A program made the translations under genes and the position numbers. From a virus (taxonomy: Duplodnaviria > Caudoviricetes), in IMG/VR virus record IMGVR_UViG_3300027804_000173, positions 1 through 29,263 of that record: 29,263 bases of DNA. One strand, given 5' to 3'. Below, piece by piece: positions 7,433-16,303 of this stretch. Under the pieces are notes generated by a model. That model was given only the letters and a program-made list of their open reading frames with translations. It was not told the origin of the DNA and searched no databases. Numbering within the stretch: the stretch's first letter is position 1; the number at the start of each line of letters is the position of its first letter.

Positions 7433-9232
7433 TTAGCCCTCACAAGCTAGACACGCTTCGTCGTTTACTAACGCTTTCATATCTATTTCTTCAATGACTT
7501 TTCGTTCTATTTTTTTAGAGACTTTATCAGCTTTCGAAATCTTTTCGCTGCGGCAGTAGTATAGCGTTTTGAGTCCTTGCTTCCAAGCCATAAAGTGAAC
7601 GGCGTGTATGTATTTGATATTCGAGTCAGGCCTGAAAAAGAGATTAACGCTCTGCGCCTGATCAATGTAGGGTTGGCGATCAGCGGCATGCAGTACAATC
7701 CATCTCTGATCGATTTCCATTGACGTCTTAAATACATCTCGTTCCCAGTCTGATAAGAACTCAAGATGTTGAACGCTGCCATCGTTTGCGATAATACTTG
7801 ACCAGATTTCGTTATAGTCCAACTTAGAATCGGCATTACATTTCTCCATAATAATTTTATCTAACCATTTATTCTTATTAAGATAAGCACCTGAAAGAGT
7901 ATCTTGACGATAAGCATTAGCACGATAAGGTTCAATGCTAGGAGAGGTATTGCCCATAATAATGGATGATGAAGCATTGGGAGCAATAGCCATAAGGTGG
8001 CTGAACCTACACCCAGTGCCCACAGCATCAGGAGCTTCACCACGATCCTTTCCAAGGTCAAGGTTTGCACGATTTAATCCTTCACGAATATGTTTGAACA
8101 TCTGTCTGTTTTTGCTTACAGCCAGCGCTGATTCAAACGGGACTTGTATCTTTTGGAGGTAAGCATGAAAACCGAGAGCACCAATACCAATAGACCGTTC
8201 ACGCATAGCTGAATACTTTGCTCTCGATACGCTATCAGGAGCATGATCAATAAAATACTGAAGAACGTTATCAAGCATTTCTGCAACGTCCCGAAGAAAG
8301 GATTTATTATTTTTCCAATCATCATAATACTCCAAATTCACAGACGATAGGCAACATACTGCTGTTCTTTCTTTATCGGTTGGTAAAATAATTTCTGAGC
8401 ACAAATTGCTCTGTCTAATTTTCAATCCAAGTTTCTTTTGAAACTCAGGCATTAGTTTGTTGCTAGTATCGATAAAGTGTAGGTATGGTTCCCCAGTCTG
8501 CATTCTAAGCTCAAGAACACGTTGCCATAATTCTCTAGCTGATATTTTTTCCCTAACCGATCCATCATGCGGGTCTTTTAGTTCCCACGTATCGTCAGCT
8601 GTTGGATCAAGCATACATTTTTCAATAATGTGCATAAAATCATCAGTGATGTTAATCCCATGATGAAGATTAAGCGCTCGCATGTTAGGATCACCTGTAG
8701 GTTTCCTCATGTCAAGGAATAATAAGATATCAGGATGGCTGATATCCAAATATGCAGCATAACTGCCTCTACGAGTACGTCCCTGTCTATATGCCAATGA
8801 CGAAGCATCATAAGTACGAAGATGGGGCATAACACCGACAGACTTATCATCTGCACTACGTATACCAATTCCAATTCCTACACCTCCTCCGAGCATGGAA
8901 AGCCAATTAACTTCTGATAAAGTATTGACCAGACCTTCAGAACTATCATCCAAATAAGGTAGAAAGCAACTAATAGGAAGACCCCGCTTCGAGCGTCCAA
9001 AAGAGAGTATAGGTGTGCTGTAGCTAAGCCAGTGATTACTGCAATAATCGTAAAGACGCTGACTGTGTTCTGGATTACTTCCAAACGCTGCGGAGACATA
9101 TGCAAACCTTTCTTGTGGAGAAGCTTCGCTTTCCATCATATATGATTCGCGAAGACGTTTAATACCTAAATCATCAAACAATTCATCTCGAGAATAGTTG
9201 ACCGTAATGCCATGGACTACTCCTATGGGCAT
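7433..9232 (-). CDS. nrdA: class Ia ribonucleotide reductase alpha subunit (no ATP cone evident)
   Basis: PISCF, GGGVG, QSNLCSEI, VCCLSSVNL, APNASSS, KTLYY and terminal CLACEG motifs. Confidence 0.96.
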   Translation of the reverse strand: MPIGVVHGITVNYSRDELFDDLGIKRLRESYMMESEASPQERFAYVSAAFGSNPEHSQRLYDYCSNHWLSYSTPILSFGRSKRGLPISCFLPYLDDSSEGLVNTLSEVNWLSMLGGGVGIGIGIRSADDKSVGVMPHLRTYDASSLAYRQGRTRRGSYAAYLDISHPDILLFLDMRKPTGDPNMRALNLHHGINITDDFMHIIEKCMLDPTADDTWELKDPHDGSVREKISARELWQRVLELRMQTGEPYLHFIDTSNKLMPEFQKKLGLKIRQSNLCSEIILPTDKERTAVCCLSSVNLEYYDDWKNNKSFLRDVAEMLDNVLQYFIDHAPDSVSRAKYSAMRERSIGIGALGFHAYLQKIQVPFESALAVSKNRQMFKHIREGLNRANLDLGKDRGEAPDAVGTGCRFSHLMAIAPNASSSIIMGNTSPSIEPYRANAYRQDTLSGAYLNKNKWLDKIIMEKCNADSKLDYNEIWSSIIANDGSVQHLEFLSDWERDVFKTSMEIDQRWIVLHAADRQPYIDQAQSVNLFFRPDSNIKYIHAVHFMAWKQGLKTLYYCRSEKISKADKVSKKIERKVIEEIDMKALVNDEACLACEG

Positions 9233-9258
9233 AGATTACTCCTTTATTATTTTTTAGA

Positions 9259-9519
9259 TCACAAACCTAGCCAATTTCTTTTTGGAGGTTCAATCCCAAC
9301 AGGTTGATTTTTACATTTATCTGCTAGTGCTACAGCACCTACTTTAGCACCGCTATCACCAGATTTTGCGATTTCAGTTATAGCAGCCCAACATGCAGTC
9401 TGCGATACTGTGTTATCTTTACTGATAGCTTTTGCGGCTTCGTAATACATCTGCTCTTTTGTAGAAGCGCATCCAGCTAGTATGATTGTACTAAGAATAA
9501 TGATTGAAAGAAGTTTCAT
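9259..9519 (-). CDS. lipoprotein of unknown function
   Basis: Signal peptide with lipobox ILAG-C, plus two further Cys. Confidence 0.75.
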   Translation of the reverse strand: MKLLSIIILSTIILAGCASTKEQMYYEAAKAISKDNTVSQTACWAAITEIAKSGDSGAKVGAVALADKCKNQPVGIEPPKRNWLGL

Positions 9520-9520
9520 A

Positions 9521-9793
9521 TTACTTCCTAGTCTTTTCGTAAATTTCTTTTTGCTTGGTGTACCATTCGTTCCATCCGTCTACTTTGTTAGAACATTCAT
9601 AGTACATAGTATAGTTATTCACAACAGTTTTCAACAGGTCAGTAATTGAAATAGTACTACCTACTGCTAGTTTCAATTCCTCACATTTTTTAGTTAATTC
9701 TGGGACTGCATCGGGAAACTTAGGTGGTTTAACAGGTACGAACATTGTGCAGCCAGATAGAAATATTAAAAATGATAATAGTATCACTCTCAT
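9521..9793 (-). CDS. putative o-spanin (Rz1-like lipoprotein)
   Basis: Lipobox FLSG-C, Pro-rich segment and two more Cys. Directly follows the i-spanin-like gene (ATGA overlap). Confidence 0.7.
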   Translation of the reverse strand: MRVILLSFLIFLSGCTMFVPVKPPKFPDAVPELTKKCEELKLAVGSTISITDLLKTVVNNYTMYYECSNKVDGWNEWYTKQKEIYEKTRK

Positions 9794-10326
9794 TTTTTAT
9801 CTCCTTTAAAGGGAGGTTTAGCTGCTTCATTATGCATATTAATAACTAACTCTGGGACTATAGGGCAGTTTTTTTGCGCTAGGGATAGTTCGTTGATCTG
9901 TATTTTAAATTTTTCGCGCTCAGCTTCTGAAAGGTTCTTTTCAATGATTTGTGTGTCACCTTTTACTACACGATCAACATACTGTACAACAGTATCTCCC
10001 TTTTCTTTAATAACTTTAGTTTTCTCTACTATTTTTTCTTCTATTACTGTATTTGTTTGTCTAGCTTGTTCTTCTGCTTGCTTAATCTTTTCTTGTAATT
10101 CTGCAGCTTTTTCTTGCCATTTATTATTAATAAAATGCGCACCCTCAATATAAGTCATAAACAATAGTAAAGCGAAACCACCTACCCTTAAAGGAAAATA
10201 AAATTTATTTATTGGAGGATATTTTTTCAGTAATACAGATGATAGTATTGCAATTATAGACAACAGCCATAACAAATGTAATATTATACCTGGTAATAAA
10301 CTAACTAGAACTATAGGTTCATTCAT
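9790..10326 (-). CDS. putative i-spanin (Rz-like)
   Basis: N-terminal hydrophobic segments, periplasmic coiled coil and C-terminal C.IVPELVINMHNEAA. Start could be 10335. Confidence 0.7.
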   Translation of the reverse strand: MNEPIVLVSLLPGIILHLLWLLSIIAILSSVLLKKYPPINKFYFPLRVGGFALLLFMTYIEGAHFINNKWQEKAAELQEKIKQAEEQARQTNTVIEEKIVEKTKVIKEKGDTVVQYVDRVVKGDTQIIEKNLSEAEREKFKIQINELSLAQKNCPIVPELVINMHNEAAKPPFKGDKK

Positions 10327-11014
10327 GTTGTACAAACCTTTGTATCATAGGTGTTATATGGTTAATTACTTTAGCACACGCTTTTGCGATCTCAATATGC
10401 TCTAACTGAGTACCATGACCTGATCGTAAATCTATATAGTGTATCCAGGATCTCAAGGTTCCATTCATATATAGCTTAGAAACGGTATTACCTTCAGGTA
10501 ATACACAACGTGCTTGTTCCTTAGCAATACCGTTCTTAATAGCCCATTCATACGCTTCAAAGGCTGCATACATAACACGCTGCTGTTTTTCTTTCCATAA
10601 CTCTTGTAGATCCATATGCCCTTGAGTCTTTTTTAACTCGATAGAATTTTGTCGGTTAGTGGGGTCTTGTAACCTTGCTTCTCTAAAAACGAATGAGAGT
10701 TCTTTAGTAGGGTCAGCATATCGCTGGCTGAACTCTTGGAAGCTAAAACTTCTGTGTCGTAGGATTTGTCTTGCAATGTCTCGAGTAGTTTCGATTTCGA
10801 GGCAGGCGCTGACCATTTCAAAGGGTGACCAGTGTTGGTGTTTGATAAGGTATGCGAGTAGTTTTTCTGTAGTTTCTGTATTGAGCTGATTGGAGGGATT
10901 AGACACTCTTGCACAGTAGGCCACGAGATCTTGTAGATCGGGAATAAGATGGTGCTCATATGTTTCTAACATCTCCTCCGATGGTTGTGAGTAGCTTACT
11001 AACCTGACCTTCAT
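10319..11014 (-). CDS. thyX: flavin-dependent thymidylate synthase
   Basis: RHRSFSFQEFSQRY signature, HWSPFE, EQARCVLP and TQLEH. ATGA overlap with primase. Confidence 0.95.
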   Translation of the reverse strand: MKVRLVSYSQPSEEMLETYEHHLIPDLQDLVAYCARVSNPSNQLNTETTEKLLAYLIKHQHWSPFEMVSACLEIETTRDIARQILRHRSFSFQEFSQRYADPTKELSFVFREARLQDPTNRQNSIELKKTQGHMDLQELWKEKQQRVMYAAFEAYEWAIKNGIAKEQARCVLPEGNTVSKLYMNGTLRSWIHYIDLRSGHGTQLEHIEIAKACAKVINHITPMIQRFVQHE

Positions 11015-12021
11015 ACTCGTTTCCATGCTGTAAATTGAACCATAGCCTGAAGACCCTGATATGTATGCTGTTTAATAATTTGATTAATATTTCTACCTGC
11101 TTTCACCATGTCATTAATATCTTTTTCTTGAATTGTTTGTGGCCAAATCACCATAGGTACATTTTTATTAATATGCTTTTGCATGATACTGCAGACCTCT
11201 TTGTTACGAGGCTGATTATCAAAAATATATACTAAACTATTTATATCAGTAATACCTTCTACTTTATCAAAAGAAGTACCAGCTACAGCAATACAATTAT
11301 CTACAAATAAACTATCTACTGGTCCTTCTACTACATAGACGGGTTTATTTTTATTAATATTCTCTAATCCGAAGATTAACGGTACATTGTCTTTAATTTT
11401 AATGGTAATATACCGTAATGCTTCTCCGCGAATAGCTCGACAGGTAACTCCTGATAGCTGATGATTAGTATCGTAAAATGGAAAAATGATTCTAGGTTCT
11501 TGCCCTAATATACTTTGTTTATAATGCTCGTTCAACTGAACTATGTTCTGAACATTATCGATATAATATATGTTTTCTAATTGTTTATCAGGGATAAGCC
11601 GTGTTTTACAATACTTTACAGCTTCATGTTCAGGATCTAGCTGACTAACCCGTATCAATATTTTATCTAATAATCTTTCTTGTTTAGACTTAAATTGAGG
11701 TTGCTCAAACTCAAATTCTTGTACTGATTTAATGGGTTGCTGGTGACCTTCTGTATAACGTTCTAATGCATACTGGGAATAAAGTGTTGGGTCAATTTGT
11801 TTTAGAAAACCACCCATACTTATAGATACATCACAATTGTGGCATTTATACCGAATATCAGTTTTATGATGAAAGAAGTATCCACGTGCTTTTCTGATAT
11901 TCTTTTGAGAATCACCACAAAAGATACATCTACAGTTATAGGTAGTATCTTTTTTCTTTTTAAATAAAGGTAGTCGGTTACTTATTAAAAGTAAATATTT
12001 GGTATCTAAGAATATAGACAT
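11011..12021 (-). CDS. 61: DNA primase (T4 gp61-like)
   Basis: Zn finger CRCIFCGDS...CHNC, TOPRIM VVEGPVDSLF, DNQPRN and KDINDM. Confidence 0.93.
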   Translation of the reverse strand: MSIFLDTKYLLLISNRLPLFKKKKDTTYNCRCIFCGDSQKNIRKARGYFFHHKTDIRYKCHNCDVSISMGGFLKQIDPTLYSQYALERYTEGHQQPIKSVQEFEFEQPQFKSKQERLLDKILIRVSQLDPEHEAVKYCKTRLIPDKQLENIYYIDNVQNIVQLNEHYKQSILGQEPRIIFPFYDTNHQLSGVTCRAIRGEALRYITIKIKDNVPLIFGLENINKNKPVYVVEGPVDSLFVDNCIAVAGTSFDKVEGITDINSLVYIFDNQPRNKEVCSIMQKHINKNVPMVIWPQTIQEKDINDMVKAGRNINQIIKQHTYQGLQAMVQFTAWKRV

Positions 12022-12044
12022 AAAAAGCCCCATTAAGAGGCTTT
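12022..12044 (-). terminator. terminator-like hairpin overlapping the primase ribosome-binding region
   Basis: Minus strand AAAGCCTC-TTAAT-GGGGCTTT-TT-ATG: 8-bp stem with one G-U pair, followed by a U run. Confidence 0.5.
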
Positions 12045-12073
12045 ATTATATTAGAAAACCTGTTGATAGGCTA
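12045..12073 (-). promoter_or_regulatory. putative sigma70-like promoter for primase
   Basis: TAGCCT-17 nt-TATAAT. Perfect -10, weak -35. Confidence 0.45.
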
Positions 12074-12409
12074 CTAAAAGAGTTTTTCTAACTTTATGTG
12101 TGCTAAAACATAACCTATTACTATTGCTCCACCTATAACCATCCATTTCCAGCGTTCTATGGATGTAATTTTATCTGCTATAGCTTGATGTTGTGAGGAT
12201 GATTGTTTAGACTGCTCATCCATTTTTTCAAAAATTTTATTAGTTTTTGTTTCAAGATTATTATGAAAGTCATCTCTTAAATCACTGATTCTGTGATGAA
12301 GGGTAGCGTAATTAGATTCCACTTTAGTTTCAAGTTTACCAACAGAATTAGTAATGGTAGTTACTTGACTTTCGAGTACCGAAAGTCTGGTATCTTGATT
12401 GGGATCCAT
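12074..12409 (-). CDS. coiled-coil protein with C-terminal transmembrane helix
   Basis: Heptad coiled coil followed by WKWMVIGGAIVIGYVLA. Architecture resembles XhlA/holin-associated proteins; function unproven. Confidence 0.7.
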   Translation of the reverse strand: MDPNQDTRLSVLESQVTTITNSVGKLETKVESNYATLHHRISDLRDDFHNNLETKTNKIFEKMDEQSKQSSSQHQAIADKITSIERWKWMVIGGAIVIGYVLAHIKLEKLF

Positions 12410-12412
12410 ACA

Positions 12413-12640
12413 CTATTTTTTAGCTCTAGGTTTAGCTTTAGTAGCAGGCTTGGCTGGCTTCCTAGCTGGTTTTTGTTTTACTGTAACTTTTACTTCAGGC
12501 TCTTTAACTTCCGGTACATGAGCTACTATGGTCTCTGGTTTTACTTCAGCAGTATTAGTATCAATAGTAATAGTAATAGGAGGGTTTTGTACTGGCTTGG
12601 GTTCGGGAATTCCGAATAATTTATTTAGAAATTTCAGCAT
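12413..12640 (-). CDS. small Pro/Lys/Ala-rich protein
   Basis: Amphipathic N-terminus MLKFLNKLFG and a histone-like tail KPARKPAKPATKAKPRAKK. Confidence 0.65.
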   Translation of the reverse strand: MLKFLNKLFGIPEPKPVQNPPITITIDTNTAEVKPETIVAHVPEVKEPEVKVTVKQKPARKPAKPATKAKPRAKK

Positions 12641-13154
12641 TTATTTTCTTCCGTCTTAGTAACTTGGGTCTGACTTTTACCCCTAATGTTTCAGGTGTAA
12701 AGCCTGCAATACCAGGCGAGGCTGAAGCATTATTAGCAGGAGCTTCTTCATAAAAATGCTTAAACGTAAGCATATGTTGATTACCTAGTTTTTTAATAGT
12801 GTTAAGTTCTTCGGTGAGATCGGTATGTAATTTATTTAAAAAGAGTTCTTCTAAATTAATAGGTTCATGTTTAAGCTCGTAATGCTCTTTGACTAGCGAT
12901 AGTGCTGCTGCAAAAGATACTAGTTTTTTATTTTCTATAGGAACTTTCTCAATAATACGTTTAATTCTAAAAACCATACGATGAAGTATGCTGTAAGCAT
13001 CGCGCTCCTCAACCGTGTTTAAAGAGCTAAGTTTTTTTAACTCCTTACCTTTATCATCAATGATACCTAATCTAAAGGCATCTGTTTCTTCAAACGGAGT
13101 GGTTAGCATTCTTAAAATTCTATAAGCAATAATAGAATCAACAAAACGACCCAT
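12621..13154 (-). CDS. conserved hypothetical T4-like phage protein
   Basis: D...AYRILRML.TPF..TDAF.LGIID..G motif. Internal TFKHFYEE-A motif. Confidence 0.8.
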   Translation of the reverse strand: MGRFVDSIIAYRILRMLTTPFEETDAFRLGIIDDKGKELKKLSSLNTVEERDAYSILHRMVFRIKRIIEKVPIENKKLVSFAAALSLVKEHYELKHEPINLEELFLNKLHTDLTEELNTIKKLGNQHMLTFKHFYEEAPANNASASPGIAGFTPETLGVKVRPKLLRRKKINAEISK

Positions 13155-13543
13155 TACATATTACTCAGCGCTAGTAGTACTTCTTGATCCATTTCTATCT
13201 CGTATATTTCTATTACTTCTTGATTAATAATGATCGGGCCGATAGGAATGTAATTTAAAAAATATAAGAACGATTTTAACTGTGACCAGTATTTACGTTC
13301 TATTTTAAAAAATAACATCTTTGTAGTTGCCTCAACCCCAAACAAATTATATAAAATAATTATATGATTAAGTACTAACCTCTCTTTTAATCCCTTACCT
13401 GCTTTATATTTACGAAATAATCTTTTAAGATATCTGAATCTCTTTAAGTCATCATGAAATTCAGACATACCTTTACAGTGTGGATTATCGTAAAATTTTA
13501 TAGCATATAATGAAAACGTTTCTTCAGACAACTCAAGACTCAT
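13154..13543 (-). CDS. conserved hypothetical T4-like phage protein
   Basis: YAIK.YDNP.C....EF..DLKRF.YLKRL and ERLVLNHII.LYNLFG motifs. Confidence 0.8.
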   Translation of the reverse strand: MSLELSEETFSLYAIKFYDNPHCKGMSEFHDDLKRFRYLKRLFRKYKAGKGLKERLVLNHIIILYNLFGVEATTKMLFFKIERKYWSQLKSFLYFLNYIPIGPIIINQEVIEIYEIEMDQEVLLALSNM

Positions 13544-13544
13544 A

Positions 13545-13988
13545 TTAATAGGTTACGTTAGCCGTACCCCCTATTACAAACCACTTACTATTTGTATAAA
13601 GCAGAGTTGATGTATCCCCTACATTATTAAAGGTAATTACAGCATTGCCAGCAATATTACTAGACATAGTGAAAGTACCACCTGCTGTAGCTGTCATACA
13701 AATAATTTTAATTTGATTTGTATTACCTGCACCAATAGTTAACGAACCACCGGAAGCATCTGAGTTAAGATGAGTAACTAGTTTGTTTAAATTTATTACA
13801 CCAGGAGCTGATAATGTTTGTACGGAAGAATCTAACAGTACATTACCTTTTAGGGTAACATTAGAAACATTTTCAAATAATGTAGACGCAGTAACTTTCT
13901 TACTAGATCCAGATTGAACTAGATAGAATACATCAGAGCCACCTACAGAGGTGGCTGCTGTTAATTCACTTACCTTGGAATCAGCCAT
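13545..13988 (-). CDS. putative virion structural protein
   Basis: MADSKVSELTAATS...D.FYLVQSGSSKKVT N-terminus typical of fibre/baseplate-attached proteins. S/T/G-rich beta C-terminus. Confidence 0.65.
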   Translation of the reverse strand: MADSKVSELTAATSVGGSDVFYLVQSGSSKKVTASTLFENVSNVTLKGNVLLDSSVQTLSAPGVINLNKLVTHLNSDASGGSLTIGAGNTNQIKIICMTATAGGTFTMSSNIAGNAVITFNNVGDTSTLLYTNSKWFVIGGTANVTY

Positions 13989-14791
13989 TAACTATCTGGG
14001 AATATAGTATCATCAGAAGCATCCCCTGCAGCTGCAGCAGTGAATGACTTGGACATGGCTACGAGTACTTCTGTTTTTTCTCTAATTTGTCCATGTGCAT
14101 CAGTATACTTAATGTAAGTGTTCCAACCTGTATGTGCAGCATTTGACGATTCAGTACTAGAAGTATAATTCAAAGTTGCTGTAGCATTAGTAGTAGGTTG
14201 TGTTGCACCTGATGTGGATACAGAAATAGAAGTGTTAGATTGAGCAGCTGTTGTATAGCCTGCCCCGGGGTTTGTAATTATTACATTAGAAACTGTTGTA
14301 CCATTAAAATAAACAGTTGCTGTAGCATTTATGGTAGGTTGTGAAAAACCAGTGGTAGAAATAGTAGCTGTAGTGTTTGATCTAGCTGCAGCTGAATAGC
14401 CAGCACCTGCGTCTGTGATCGTAGTACTTTTAGCTTGCTTGGTCTGCATCTCTGATAGATCAACACCATACACATTTTGAATGGTTGCAACATTGTTTTG
14501 ACGTGCAGTATCAGCCCCCGCCATAGCAGTAATATTTGCAAGATGCTTAGGACCCTGCTGTAAATATGCAGTAGCACCAGCTACATTGGCGGTAGCTACG
14601 TTAGTGAGATGAATTACTGTATTAGATGTAACATTGCTTACCTGATACTTTTTACCACTAATACTTAAATAATCCCCATCTTTTACATTAACTGCAAAAT
14701 ATGTAGATGAGCCAACCACACGAACATTTTGAGTGTAGGCGCTAACGGTACCCGCAATGGCAACGTTATCTGTATAGCCCCATGAAGACAT
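13988..14791 (-). CDS. putative virion structural protein with internal duplication
   Basis: MSSWG start, A/T/S-rich, two ~46-aa repeats (IT..GAGY..AA.SNT...ST.G..QPT.NATAT), and HTGW...G.IR.K.EVLVAM C-terminus. GGAG SD. Confidence 0.7.
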   Translation of the reverse strand: MSSWGYTDNVAIAGTVSAYTQNVRVVGSSTYFAVNVKDGDYLSISGKKYQVSNVTSNTVIHLTNVATANVAGATAYLQQGPKHLANITAMAGADTARQNNVATIQNVYGVDLSEMQTKQAKSTTITDAGAGYSAAARSNTTATISTTGFSQPTINATATVYFNGTTVSNVIITNPGAGYTTAAQSNTSISVSTSGATQPTTNATATLNYTSSTESSNAAHTGWNTYIKYTDAHGQIREKTEVLVAMSKSFTAAAAGDASDDTIFPDS

Positions 14792-14802
14792 AGTTTATCT
14801 CC

Positions 14803-15900
14803 TTAGTCTCTCTTGCCTGGAGTACCCATATTTTCCATCTTACGGGTATTTCCATGGTAAATATACTTACGACGAACTCCAGATTCTTTATCTTTAACGA
14901 TAAATTCTGCATGGAATTTGCCATCCCTTGTACTATATTTAGGCGTAGAAACTTCGTGACCGGCGTTCATATGTGTTTTTACTCTAGATTCAACTTCATT
15001 GCGTGTCATTTCTTCAACAAACAGACTAATATCTTGTTTGTTAAAAGCTTCGTTAGCTAAGTTTATAGCGTCTTCTTCACCAACTAACTGCTTAGCGGTT
15101 TTTAAATAGTCACCAAAATTATAATTATGTTCTACTTCAAATTCAAAGGGCTTACCTTCGATAAGCTCATCATAATCAGAAAACTGATCTTCTTCTACTT
15201 CTTCTTTCCTCAACATAGCCTTAGCTATTTTATGAGCTTTCTTAATAGTAGATTTTTCAAGAGGAGGTTTATCTCCGGTCATTTGCATGGCACGCTTGGT
15301 CCCAGTTGCATATGCCATAGACTTATCCATTTCTTCTACAGGTTGTACTTCTTCATTAGCTTGTTTTTTCTTTATAGCTATATGAAGTCTAATTGACCGA
15401 GCACGCTGGCTCAAGGGATGATTCATAGAAATCATCTTAGATTTACCCTGGTCATTAATCTTATTCATTACTTTTTCATGTTCTTGTTTAAGCTGGTCTA
15501 CAGTCATACTAGCTAGACCTCTAGCTTCATCAAGTTCAATGTCTTCTTCTTTTAAAGCACCTTCATTATGCATATGTGACTCAGAAGCTATAATTTTTAT
15601 ATCTTCTGTTTGAACTACATGAGTACCTGTTTCAAACTTAACAGTATACCATGCAATATTTCCATCTTCATCTGGATCGGCATGCGCTTCGCTAATACAT
15701 TCACCAATACCATACTCTGGGTGCTCTACATGAACAGCACAGTTATGAATTTTGCCTGTTTTTTTATTCTTCATGGAACGAAGTTTGGCAAAATCTTTCG
15801 CATCAATTTTTTCATCATCTACTACATCAATCTTTTGTTGATTGGGATGTAGGGCTTCTCCTAGCATGACAGCCAGGACGTCTTGTTCTAATTGTTTCAT
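14803..15900 (-). CDS. acidic modular protein, putative prohead-core/internal head protein
   Basis: Short modules separated by Glu-rich linkers (LKEEDIELDE-A, NEEVQPVEE, KEEVEE). Includes an EF-hand-like segment and a His-containing SH3-like module. Confidence 0.55.
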   Translation of the reverse strand: MKQLEQDVLAVMLGEALHPNQQKIDVVDDEKIDAKDFAKLRSMKNKKTGKIHNCAVHVEHPEYGIGECISEAHADPDEDGNIAWYTVKFETGTHVVQTEDIKIIASESHMHNEGALKEEDIELDEARGLASMTVDQLKQEHEKVMNKINDQGKSKMISMNHPLSQRARSIRLHIAIKKKQANEEVQPVEEMDKSMAYATGTKRAMQMTGDKPPLEKSTIKKAHKIAKAMLRKEEVEEDQFSDYDELIEGKPFEFEVEHNYNFGDYLKTAKQLVGEEDAINLANEAFNKQDISLFVEEMTRNEVESRVKTHMNAGHEVSTPKYSTRDGKFHAEFIVKDKESGVRRKYIYHGNTRKMENMGTPGKRD

Positions 15901-15910
15901 ACTTGTTTCC

Positions 15911-16303
15911 TCAGTCTAATTTAGATACTGGAGTTGAGGACCAGTACTTACAGCTCCAATATCTAGCTTTCGTTTTCGGTCCTGGGTTATCGCAATTGTG
16001 TCGAGCTCGAAAGCTCTTTTTTCTTTCTGGATTATCCCGCTTTATAGATAAATTAGGATCTCCAAATCCAACTTTTACAACATTACCTTTTTCATTTCTA
16101 ACATAAACGGCACGTTTTTTAGGTCCCCCTGGGGTAAGAAAAGGTTTATTTAATTTACGACCTTCATTATCTTCCTCATCTAATTCACCCCAATCTTCGT
16201 ACAGCTCATTTCCATCAGATAAAAACTGCTCTTCAATAATTTCGTCCAGACACTCTTCACAACATACTTCATGTTCTTCTCTAAACTTTCTGAATGTTTT
16301 CAC
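15911..16303 (-). CDS. conserved phage protein with acidic N-half and basic C-domain
   Basis: MKTFRKFREE leader. KLNKPF..PGGPKK..VYV....GNVVKV.FGDP...RKKSFRARHNC....KTKARYWSC domain. Confidence 0.8.
   Translation of the reverse strand: MKTFRKFREEHEVCCEECLDEIIEEQFLSDGNELYEDWGELDEEDNEGRKLNKPFLTPGGPKKRAVYVRNEKGNVVKVGFGDPNLSIKRDNPERKKSFRARHNCDNPGPKTKARYWSCKYWSSTPVSKLD

Noticed and set aside
5724-12021. Introns or inteins in nrdB, nrdA, thyX or primase, which are common insertion targets
   Set aside because: All four ORFs are continuous and of compact, ordinary length, with no intein-type motifs seen.
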